A stretch of 32,000 nucleotides of DNA from Candidatus Saccharimonadota bacterium (GTDB lineage: Bacteria; Patescibacteriota; Gracilibacteria; BD1-5; UBA2023), in the NCBI GenBank assembly GCA_963706795.1, contig OY970170.1, forward strand, positions 1,230,001 to 1,262,000, written 5' to 3'. Position 1 is the first letter of the stretch, and every line of letters begins with the position of its first letter. The position numbers were made by a program, and so were the translations under genes. This document shows, in pieces, positions 11,321 to 19,780 of the stretch. Below the pieces are notes generated by a model. It was not told where the DNA came from. It saw nothing but the letters and a program-made list of their open reading frames with translations, and made no database searches.

Positions 11321-12184
11321 CTATGCCTCGTCTATGGATGGTGCGAGCATCTTCGTAGTGACTTGATCATAAAATTTTTGGATGCATCTCACATCCGAAA
11401 ATGCTCCAAACTCAGGCATTATAGACCTAATATTTGTCGCGAGCATCGCCTTAAGCATGCGTGCTTCAATGACATATTCTTGGCTAGATATCCCTTCGAT
11501 TTTTTCGAGGATGAGATTGGTGTCGGGATCCTCTAAATTATGCTTCGTCAAAATACTCTTTTGATAGAGATGACATATCAAATGTAAGAGCGGAAGATCT
11601 AGTGGCTCACTAAACTCATCTGGATGAGCCGGAAAATCAAAATTTTGGTCATTATCTGTAATGCGTCCAATAAATAATCACGCTACATGATCTGTCTTGC
11701 CCCATGCCACTTTAAAAGAATTGAGATCAAAAAGATGTATATTTTTTTCATGAAACATGGCTCGCTTACTGGTGATCTGTTCAGATTTAAAAATCTGAGC
11801 ATTTACCTCGAGCGATGCAAGCGCTCTGAGCATGTATGCCTCTTTGTCTTGTTGAGCAATTTTTTGATTGGGGTGAACCGCAGTAAATTCGATAAATTCG
11901 TCTACGAATAGCTCGTCAACATACAGCGTACCAATACCCACCTTGAGTAGAGAATTTCCTCGAATATTCGGCCCCTGATTGATAATCGCTATTTCCTTGC
12001 GATCCGTAAGTCTTTCAAAGAATCGAACAGCCAGGTCATCGTCTTCTTCAAAACGATCATAGAATATTTTTGTGCCAGGAAATTCGAGCACAGCATGCAC
12101 CTCTGATGCTACATCAGTAGAAGGCATAACAGGTGAATCCGTCTGAGTCCGACGAGCTGTCGGGAAAGTGAGAATATTATCCAT
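11321..12184 (-). CDS. Hypothetical protein (287 aa)
   Basis: Fragments 11678-12184 and 11321-11581 are in the same frame, joined by TGA 11678-11680. The stop is TAG 11321-11323. No motif recognised. It sits 68 nt upstream of the large envelope gene on the same strand. Confidence 0.6.
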
Positions 12185-12208
12185 AACAAGGAGGTTTATG
12201 GTGCGATA

Positions 12209-12907
12209 TTATTTTGCGAGCCTAAGTGAACCGAGCGATGACATCGTTCCGATCTCGGCTCAGGTAGATTGTGTATCAAAGTGGATATATTCGTCTCCCC
12301 ATGCCGTGAGCAAGCGGTCCATTTGAAAGTCGTCGTATTCATCGAGTGAAAGCCCTCGCAGCCTCTCTGTGAGCTGAACTGGATCTTTTGTAATCGACAA
12401 TGCCCAATAAAATTGACCATCATCTTCACCAAGTGGTTCATGAGTCCAATACAGGATTTCAGAAGCATTTTCACCATCAAATGACCGACCTAAAAGATTG
12501 AGCAAATGATCTCTTTTTTCGATGCCCGTTCCAGGAATCGCATCAATCAGGATGATCCATGCTTCAGCTGAAACCAAATCCATACTGGGTGGTCGATCAG
12601 CGACAACATATCCGCGTTTAAATACAAGATCCGTGCCATTTATAGCATCCATTTGTTCAAGAGAATGCGCGCTGATATCTGTGAGATCGATACGATATTG
12701 CCCGACAATAATCGCTTGGTTATCAACCTGAATATCAACTTTTCAATATACTTCAGCCCAATTTTGTAAAAGCTGCAATATTCGCTGAGACTGAGTCTCT
12801 GGCATTGCCAGAATATTTTCTGTTTGAGCTCATGCGGCAGGCAGATTCATGGGTATCTGCACTCATTCTGAAGTAGGACGTACCGTCTCAAAAGCAAGAT
12901 TATTCAT
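12209..12907 (-). CDS. Hypothetical protein (232 aa)
   Basis: The frame of track ORF 12260-12652 extends upstream through TGAs at 12743, 12830 and 12863 to ATG 12907-12905. It extends downstream through TGA 12260 to TAA 12209-12211. No motif recognised. Confidence 0.55.
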
Positions 12908-13005
12908 AACAAAAAATGATGAATTCTGATCACTATAGGAATACTAGCAAATAATCAAGAGAAGAGTTTGTCAAATCACCTACTTGCACCACGGACAACT
13001 TTATA

Positions 13006-13032
13006 AAAATCCCCGACTATGTCGGGGATTTT
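13006..13032 (-). terminator. Intrinsic terminator hairpin downstream of gene 13048-13458
   Basis: AAAATCCCCGAC tat GTCGGGGATTTT: a perfect 12-bp stem with a GC-rich core and a 3-nt loop. On the minus strand it is followed by TTTTTATAAAG. Confidence 0.7.
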
Positions 13033-13047
13033 GTGATGACGAATGGA

Positions 13048-13458
13048 TCAGAGAGAGAAAATTTTCTCAAGCCAGTGCGTCTCTTCCTTATCTTTCCCCT
13101 TGCAATAGGGGCCGTGGATTGTCTTGTAACAACCACCTGAATTTACCTTACGGTTCATGGTGGTGAGTATCCAATCTACGAAGACTATGCCAAGTTCGGT
13201 ATCAACAGATTTGACGATCCCAATGGCACGAATACGTATATCAGAACTTCCTTGACCTAGACCCTTTTTGATCGCAATGCAATCATTTTTACGCACTTGT
13301 GCAATGACTGAATCATACTCAGGATGTTCCCCAAGTTTCCAGCCATTTTGCCAGATACCTGCTTGAATAAAACGTTCGAATTGATCGTCTTTGCCCCACA
13401 TTGCGCCAGCTAAAAAGTACTGACGACTTGGTTTGCTATTTGTTTTAGCTAATTCCAT
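13048..13458 (-). CDS. Hypothetical small protein (136 aa as listed); 3' end ambiguous because the only nearby stop is TGA
   Basis: Track ORF with no internal TGA: MELAKTNSKPSRQYFLAGAMWGKDDQFERFIQAGIWQNGW...IRIRAIGIVKSV. The pattern looks like a small beta-rich domain. It ends at TGA 13048-13050, 16 nt before the terminator hairpin. Under strict table 25 the frame runs on to TAA 12721-12723. Confidence 0.55.
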   Translation of the reverse strand: MELAKTNSKPSRQYFLAGAMWGKDDQFERFIQAGIWQNGWKLGEHPEYDSVIAQVRKNDCIAIKKGLGQGSSDIRIRAIGIVKSVDTELGIVFVDWILTTMNRKVNSGGCYKTIHGPYCKGKDKEETHWLEKIFSL

Positions 13459-13561
13459 TTTACTTCCTTAAGTAGACCCTCCGAGGAAACTCATCGGGTA
13501 AAATAATATCTATTGGTATTTCATCCCCACAAAGTTCATAAGGACCAAAAGAGTCTACGAA

Positions 13562-13597
13562 AAATCCCTCCAAAACCAAAGATTTCGAGAGGGATTT
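13562..13597 (-). terminator. Possible terminator hairpin after the P-loop gene
   Basis: AAATCCCTC (13562-13570) pairs with GAGGGATTT (13589-13597) across an 18-nt loop. On the minus strand a short T-run follows. The large loop makes this weak. Confidence 0.3.
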
Positions 13598-14123
13598 AGG
13601 AGAGATTTTTGAGTTTTATTGTGTGGCTAATAAGTTCAAATCCGTTCTCAACAGATGTGATTTCTAAAGTCTTTGATTGAAGGCTAGAAGTAGCTATATT
13701 TTCCAGAATTCTTGGTAATTGTCGCTTCTTCCAAGTCAGTGTGCGTATCAAAAAACCAATATTGATCGAATTTGCTCCGTGGATATTTAGGTCCTGTTTA
13801 TTGCGTTTTTGCTTGAAAAACAAACTCTTCATAGACCTCTTTAAGATGCGGAGAATATTGCCAAGTGGAGATGTATTAATAATCACTATCAAATCCACTC
13901 GATCTTTCATAGATTTAATGATCGAGCAACTTGCTCATTCAATAATCCAGCTTGATTGCTGTATAGCTTCTTTTTGAAGTAATCAATAATTTGGATTCTC
14001 AATCCAACCTTCTTGCCATTGGAGCGAATCAAGATGCACAACAGGAATGTTATATGTTTGACTCAGATCGTGTGCAAGCGTAGATTTCCCTGATCAGGCT
14101 GGGCCAGTAATGTATATGCGCAT
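13596..14123 (-). CDS. P-loop NTPase, adenylate-kinase/topology-modulation-protein-like
   Basis: ATG 14123-14121. The N-terminus is MRIYITGPA-[TGA 14094-14096]-SGKSTLAHDLSQTYNIPVVHLDSLQWQEGW, a Walker A GxxGxGKS whose fourth residue is a TGA codon. Two further in-frame TGAs follow. Stop is TAA 13596-13598. Confidence 0.65.
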
Positions 14124-14140
14124 AAGGAAAAAATGAATAG

Positions 14141-15604
14141 TTAATCCCTACTTTCAGTATTTCAAAAGTAGATCTCGTTTGCCTGATTTACTAATCTCAT
14201 TTCTTCTTCGGCTGAGTCTTTTATAACTTTTTCTGATTCACGTTTTTGCCTGTTTTGTCGATCCTGTTTTTCTTTGTCGGCAAGCTCTTTTGCTCGAGTT
14301 TCTGTAGCAGAAATATCTTTCAATCGAGCCCCAAGCAAGATAAATTCTTGGACCTTGTTAAATTCAGTATCGAATTTTACTAACTCTTCTTCAATTTCAG
14401 TGAAATTGCCTTTTTTGGCATGTAATTCTTTGATGTGAAGCAAGGCTCATTCGAGTGCGAAGAGCGTAGATGGCAAATGAAAGAGTATAAATCTCATATC
14501 CCCCGTTTTTTTGGCGTAGGTGGTTGCATTTTCCGTATACTGAGATTTTATCTGAATTCCTCAGAGATTCCTTTCTCTGTCGGCAATTTGAGACGTCAGG
14601 CTCTTTAGCCAGTCTATTTCTTTTTTGAGCACGTCAGCATGTGCATCCATCTGAGCAAAAAGCACTTTTTCTGCAGTATGGAGAGCTTCAAGAGCATCTA
14701 TATCTCGAAGTCGATATATCGTTCGGAAGTCATAGCTAAGTTTGTGGATTTCACTCTGAAGCCCCGTAAGGTCGAATCGGTTTTCTTTTTTATAAAGTGT
14801 TCTGTGTTTGACACTTATCTTGCTGAGTTCTGATTTTTTTGAGTCAAATGTCGACTGGATGCGTATATTAAATACATCCATCATTTCATAGAATCGTTCG
14901 AATCCTGAAAGACGTATGTGGTGAGCTCGTATATTTGCAACAATGAAATCTAGATCATCCACATCAACTGGAGATTCTGTCACAAAGGCTTGTATTTGTC
15001 TGAATTGAAAGCCAATTCGCTGGAGCGAAGACTCAAGCGTTCGTACTTCTGACATGAGCCTATCGGCCTCGTAGAGTTTTTTCGTACGTTTTTCTTCGTC
15101 TTCCTGCCACTCAGTCGCCATCGTATTCAAGAAGTCAGTTACCTCAGCAATATCTTTCTGAAAAGTCGCTTCCCAGTGAGAAAGAGACAAAATTTTAGCT
15201 AAATCCTCTTCTGCATGACCATTAAGACGTGCCAAATACGACTCGATAAGTGGAAAAAGATATCACTGCGGATATCTTGCCCTCTCTGTTTCATATCTCT
15301 TACCTAGGTCTTTTATCTGATTCTTGAGATCATTTTTTTGCTTGGAGCGAAGGAGTCTTCTTGAGCCTATAAGTCCACCCACAGCAATACCAAAAACCGC
15401 TGTACCAACTGCGATATCTTTAAAGAGTTCACTTGTATCGTTCTCTTTGTTACTCTCTAAGTGCTCCTGGATTTTTTGTTTCGTCTCATCTTGTACAAGA
15501 GACAGGTTATCCGGAAGGACTTCATTTGCTGAAGTTACATTCGATCCAAGGGCCATGGCCGAACCTACAAGCACGGACTTCCATCCCGATTGATTCCTAT
15601 TCAT
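14141..15604 (-). CDS. Membrane-anchored coiled-coil protein (487 aa), function unknown
   Basis: Fragments 15263-15604, 14561-15235 and 14162-14443 share one frame and are joined by TGA. The N-terminus MNRNQSGWKSVLVGSAMALGSNVTSA is signal-like. There is one hydrophobic span, IAVGTAVFGIAVGGLIG. The remainder is a long charged, heptad-like region rich in E/K/L/Q. After TGA 14162 come six more codons, then TAA 14141-14143. Confidence 0.65.
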
Positions 15605-15658
15605 GAGGAGTTTTAAAATATCCCCTGTATATCGATTTTTTATAAAAAGTCACTCTTT

Positions 15659-15704
15659 TTGACAGGCATCACATATGTTGACAAATATAATTATAGTATA
15701 TATT
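15659..15704 (+). promoter_or_regulatory. Candidate sigma70-type promoter elements upstream of gene 15805
   Basis: There are two TTGACA hexamers (15659-15664 and 15678-15683), a perfect TATAAT (15686-15691) and a TATATT (15699-15704). No pairing has ideal 17-nt spacing, so the assignment is tentative. Confidence 0.3.
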
Positions 15705-15804
15705 CAACCTTGTATTTTTCTGTATGGAACGCGAGTTGCATTACAAAAAAAGCGTTCGTTAAAATCTGTAAGTTCGAGGAGTTTTCATTCCTAGGGAGGA
15801 AATT

Positions 15805-16224
15805 ATGAAAAAATTATATACAGGCTTATTGTTCTTTGTGTTGCCATTCTTTGCGTTTGCAGAGACGACGGGTCATATAAGCGACCTCTCAAAGATATAC
15901 GAAAACACAAGCATTACCTTGCTGAGCGCACTTGCAGTCAGTTTTGTGATCATCACTCTACTCATGCCTGCAATTGTTGGCGGTATCGTGGCAGCAATAA
16001 GCACGTATCTTCTTCTAGTACCAACCATGGCCGGTGGAATCGTTGCCGTACTGGTTATACTTGTATTTTTTATGGGCTGGGGAATCGCCTGGTTGATCCG
16101 AAACATGATCAAGCCAAGTAGCTATTCTGGCTCGGATTCTGATGGAAGTATTGACGCTTGCAGTGCTTGGGGATTCAACTCAGGTGACTCTTGGGGAAAC
16201 GACTCCAGCGGAGGTATCGATTGA
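15805..16224 (+). CDS. Small membrane protein (139 aa as listed) with signal peptide, two or three TM helices and a Ser/Gly/Asp-rich tail; 3' end ambiguous (TGA)
   Basis: A strong Shine-Dalgarno GGGAGG (15794-15799) lies 5 nt before ATG 15805. The sequence is MKKLYTGLLFFVLPFFAFA..., with hydrophobic spans LSALAVSFVIITLLMPAIVGGIVAAISTYLLLV and MAGGIVAVLVILVFFMGWGIAWLI. It ends at TGA 16222-16224, 27 nt before the terminator stem. Under strict table 25 the frame runs to TAG 16894-16896. Confidence 0.7.
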   Translation: MKKLYTGLLFFVLPFFAFAETTGHISDLSKIYENTSITLLSALAVSFVIITLLMPAIVGGIVAAISTYLLLVPTMAGGIVAVLVILVFFMGWGIAWLIRNMIKPSSYSGSDSDGSIDACSAWGFNSGDSWGNDSSGGID

Positions 16225-16251
16225 ATGAACTTACAGAAAGGAGAAATCAAA

Positions 16252-16281
16252 AACAGAAGGTGAAAACCTTCTGTTTTTTTG
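16252..16281. terminator. Bidirectional rho-independent terminator
   Basis: AACAGAAGG tgaaaa CCTTCTGTT followed by TTTTTTT on the plus strand. On the minus strand the same stem is followed by TTTTT. It lies between convergent genes. Confidence 0.8.
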
Positions 16282-16295
16282 TGATACGATATTGC

Positions 16296-16874
16296 CTATT
16301 CAGCTTTTTTTCACTGTGCTCGTGCGATAGCATCCATGGCCTGATTATGGCTATTTTGGAGAATGTTTTCGAGTTTTTGATGAGTTTGTTCTTCGCGCTC
16401 TAAAGCAAACTTTTCATACGCTGCATACATATGCGAAATAAAGGCATGTACCACAACACGAGCCTGATCAGGAGCGAGCTTTGCTCGACCAAGGGCATCA
16501 GTATTATTCAAAATCGCGCCCATTACATGTGACATATGAATAGGGAGCGCCAAATTTTGATGCGTGACCATTGCTCGAATAAGACCATTCATATGCTCAT
16601 TCTCAAAGAAACCAAGAACTGTCTCTCTGTCTAAAGCATCTTTTTTACTTCTTCCATTCCCAGGAAGCATTGGGTATCTTGCTCCCGCAATAAATGCCTT
16701 CTTTTCGGCTGCAAATACTGTGGCGATGTTTTCTTTGAGATTGTTTTCAATCTCGGCGAGAGCCATTGCTTCGTTACCATGAAGATCCGGAGTCTGTGAT
16801 GCTGACATATTATCAGGGTTATTGGACGATATCCTCAAGTTTAGCACAAGAGAGATATGGACGCAAAAAAACAC
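16296..16874 (-). CDS. Hypothetical protein, last gene of the zinc-cluster operon
   Basis: Track ORF 16311-16874 continues past TGA 16311 for four codons (KKAE) to TAG 16296-16298. The start is GTG 16874 (9 nt after the COG0523 stop) or ATG 16808 (MSASQTPDLHG...). No motif recognised. Confidence 0.6.
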
Positions 16875-16883
16875 TAATATACC

Positions 16884-18404
16884 CTACGCGAGATAGTTCT
16901 CCCACTTCGCAATTCGGCCATCAGTTTCAAAATATTCAAATTCTGCCCATTTGGACATTACTTCCTTATCCATGGAGAGTTTTACAATGGCTCCGTCAGA
17001 CTGGAGTAATTCATCGATAGTTTTTGTGGCACATGAAGGATCGAAGAGATCAATCCCATGTTTCTCCAAAAGAATTTTTACAAGGAAATCGAGCCGCTTA
17101 TGACAGATATATGTTGGGCTTTTTGAATGCTCTCTGAGCTCGGCTACGGTCTCAACTTTTTTTGGAGTTCTCGCATATGCACGACGCTTGTATTCGAGCC
17201 AGCTGTAGGGATCTGGATATTTCATGGATTCACCGAGCGCTTTTTGTTCCGCCTGGATACGAGCAATTTCGAGCCAAGAAGCATCAGAAGCCCCATCCTG
17301 AAAGCGTGATTGAATCATTGATATTTTTGCGTCCATAGCCATATACGCGTGATACTGACTCACAAGCTTATCTACGCGCTCCTCGGATAATGCCACAAAT
17401 GCCTCAATAGTATCTGGAATCATAGGAGAAGAAATTGATTGGATTGTGTGTGTAATTGAATGGTCACTCACTTGCTCAAAAATGAGTATTTGCGAAGGCG
17501 TCATGGGGCTCACAGTTATAATATTGAGATATGGAGCCACGCTTGTGTGCTTGGAATAGACGAAACTTCCGTGAACAAAATCAAATTCGGTTTGCCCGAT
17601 TACACCTTTTGCACGCATGACATTTGTTCCAAGAGACGCGATGGCCAGATCAAGATCCTGCCGAGAAAAATTCGCATGCAACTCAAAGCTTCTCGTGAAT
17701 ACTGGCGCCTTTTTTGTAGCTGATCTGGTATTCATATGTGAGGTCGGAGCAGATGCACTTCTCAAAAAACTCGGCTTTGATTCGGGCTTTTTAGGGAGAT
17801 GATCGAGTAGTCACAAAAGGGATTCGTAATCCTGCTCATGTGGATGTGATTCGAAGGATTCTTGACTCGATCAATCGATCTTTCTGAGTTGTACGATCGG
17901 AGCAGATGGAGCGAGTCGACCTATCCATTGCAGAACATTGTCCGAATTCCCCTCAGTCCACGTGAGTCCGACGATATCCGCAGTCCTCATCTGAGTATCC
18001 ATCACCACTCTCTCCGCCTCAGAACGAAGTGGAAAATGCTCGACATCCGAGAGCACAATCGTCGTCACACGAAACCCAGTTCGCTTCATAAGAGCAAGAA
18101 TGGCAGGTCATTCGGCAATTCCACTCGGCTCAACAATCAGGAGTTCTGAGGAACCCTTCGCTTGATGCAGGGCATTGGAGAGAGATTCCATGTCTTCGCA
18201 GCAGATACACCCCTCGGTGAGCGCGGTCACGTCAGCATCACTCAAACGAGCCGCATCGATATTAATTGATCCAACGTCATTGACGATAATTTTGGTTTTC
18301 TGCTTAAATCGCGAAAGCATCCATCGGATTAGTGACGTTTTTCATGATCCAAGTGGCCCAAGGACCAATAGGGCTCGCGAAGTATCGGGACTGTGCATTG
18401 TCAT
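16884..18404 (-). CDS. COG0523-family (CobW/ZigA/YeiR-like) G3E GTPase metallochaperone with an approx. 190-aa C-terminal extension
   Basis: Fragments 18108-18320, 17871-18089 and 16884-17765 share one frame. ATG 18404 gives MTMHSPDTSRALLVLGPLGS-[TGA 18342-18344]-KTSLI (Walker A). It continues IIVNDVGSINID, the GCICCE (CxCC) metal motif, LLIVEPSGIAE (Walker B-like), and a CobW_C-like NVMRAKGVIGQTEFDFVHGSF. Stop is TAG 16884-16886. Confidence 0.85.
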
Positions 18405-18409
18405 ATCCA

Positions 18410-19228
18410 CTACAGTGATCAAAGAATACAAGAATTCACAACACCAGACGGTGGATTACAATACATCACTTCTGCGTATCCATCCGGAAGCCACGAAGTT
18501 TGCATCTCCGGATAGAGAAATGTTCTGTAACCGAATGCTGTACGAAACAATACGGTCTGTCCTGACCTACTCGAATCCAAGATAGATTGAGCAATTATTC
18601 GTTTTGTCACTGCATCACATCCCGCAAGTGCAGCAACAAAAATACAGTCGTACTCTCCATAGCCAGAGAATTTTTCGGCTGACCCATGGAGAATTCCAAC
18701 ATTCTCTGCGAGCCCTATTCGGCTGATGAGCAGACGAGAGAGCTCACAGGCATTTTCATTGCTATCAAGACAATCAACCCCTTCTATAAATGCATCCTGC
18801 ATTAATATTGGAGAGAGTGGCAGTGGTCCTGATCCCACAAAAAGCGCCCTACGTGCAGAACCGAGCCCACGTTCTTTTCGGTACTGATGGATCAATGATA
18901 TTTCCCATGTACTGAGCAACCGATAATTTTGCATATACGGAAATATCTCAAGATCTTTGAGACTCAAAGGGTCTTTATTTTTAAGAAGCAAATTTGCCCA
19001 ATGATGCTCGAGAAGGGATTCTCACTCTGAGCACAGAGACTGCATTTTGGAGCGCAATGAGCGAGTCGGGATATCCCAAAAAAGCTCAGAAATATCCCCG
19101 TCATGCCCCATAACCGTCTCTACCAAACGCGAGAATTCACCATTTACCGTCGGCGAAGGATGAAGCGAATCCTCCCGTGAAAGCCGATCATATATCGTCT
19201 GAATTACTTCAATACTACTATGCGTCAT
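18410..19228 (-). CDS. Nicotianamine synthase-like (NAS/CntL family) SAM-dependent aminobutyryl transferase
   Basis: Fragments 19022-19228 and 18419-18991 share one frame. The joined sequence aligns block by block with the NAS family: LCSE-[TGA 19022-19024]-ESLLEHHW, EIFPYMQNYRLL, ALFVGSGPLPLS, YDCIFVAALAG, LFRTAFGYRTFLYPE, GVVNSCIL. After TGA 18419 come two codons, then TAG 18410-18412. Confidence 0.9.
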
Positions 19229-19631
19229 GCCCCGCTTTTGTTACACAAGAAGGACAATTTCCCACATGCGTCTCACGATGGGATTCTAGGATATTTCCTG
19301 CACTATTTTTGAAGTGCTCATCACTAATACTCCCACATCCATGACAGTGAGTGAGTTCAAAATGCCTCGATGGTTCTCGACCATTTCGGATCTCTGCACA
19401 GAGTACAAATGACTCCACGCCATGCTCATAGAGAGCATGGATAAGTCCCGCATCCCGAAAATCAGAAATACCTCGATAGAGCGTCGCAAGATTTGCACCT
19501 GTACGAGATATGTAAGCTTCTTTGAGCGAATCAAAGTCGCACGCATTCTGCTCAGATAAAATCTCAAGCAACGCCACTCGCGACTTCGTTGCACGACATC
19601 AGACAGAATGAATAATTGAGGAATGGTCCAT
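19218..19631 (-). CDS. Fur-family metalloregulator, probably Zur
   Basis: ATG 19631 gives MDHSSIIHSV-[TGA 19599-19601]-CRATKSRVALLEILSEQ...ATLYRGISDFRDAGLI (winged helix). The C-terminus has two CxxC pairs (HCHGCG ... NCPSC) typical of the structural Zn site. Stop is TAG 19218-19220, overlapping the NAS start by 11 nt. The Zur assignment rests on gene context. Confidence 0.75.
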
Positions 19632-19677
19632 GAGACAGCATTAAAAATGATCCTCACTATATGCGGATTTATTTTAT

Positions 19678-19725
19678 TGCAAAAATTTGCATTAAAATCT
19701 CAGTTATTCAATGAATTATGAATAA
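19678..19725. promoter_or_regulatory. Two AT-rich palindromes in the divergent promoter region; candidate Zur/Fur operators
   Basis: TGCAAA-aa-TTTGCA (19678-19691) is a perfect 6-2-6 inverted repeat. TTATTCA-atgaatta-TGAATAA (19704-19725) is a perfect 7-8-7 inverted repeat that contains the nested ATTCA-a-TGAAT. They lie 47-94 nt upstream of the regulator ATG (19631) and 56-103 nt upstream of ATG 19781. Confidence 0.4.
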
Positions 19726-19780
19726 TTCTTGGCTTTACTTGACACTTTACATATATTGCCTACATATACATCTTCTTATC

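Noticed and set aside
15805-16896. The 364-codon table-25 reading of the small membrane gene, taken as a genuine long protein.
   Set aside because: The extension crosses a canonical bidirectional terminator and lies antisense to a convincing convergent gene. It also has a non-protein-like sequence. It is kept as an anomaly in the findings rather than as a gene model.
19286-19657. A 123-aa minus-strand ORF overlapping the Fur-family gene in another frame.
   Set aside because: The alternative frame, read through one TGA from ATG 19631, gives a complete Fur-family protein with a winged helix and two CxxC pairs. The 123-aa ORF has no recognisable features.
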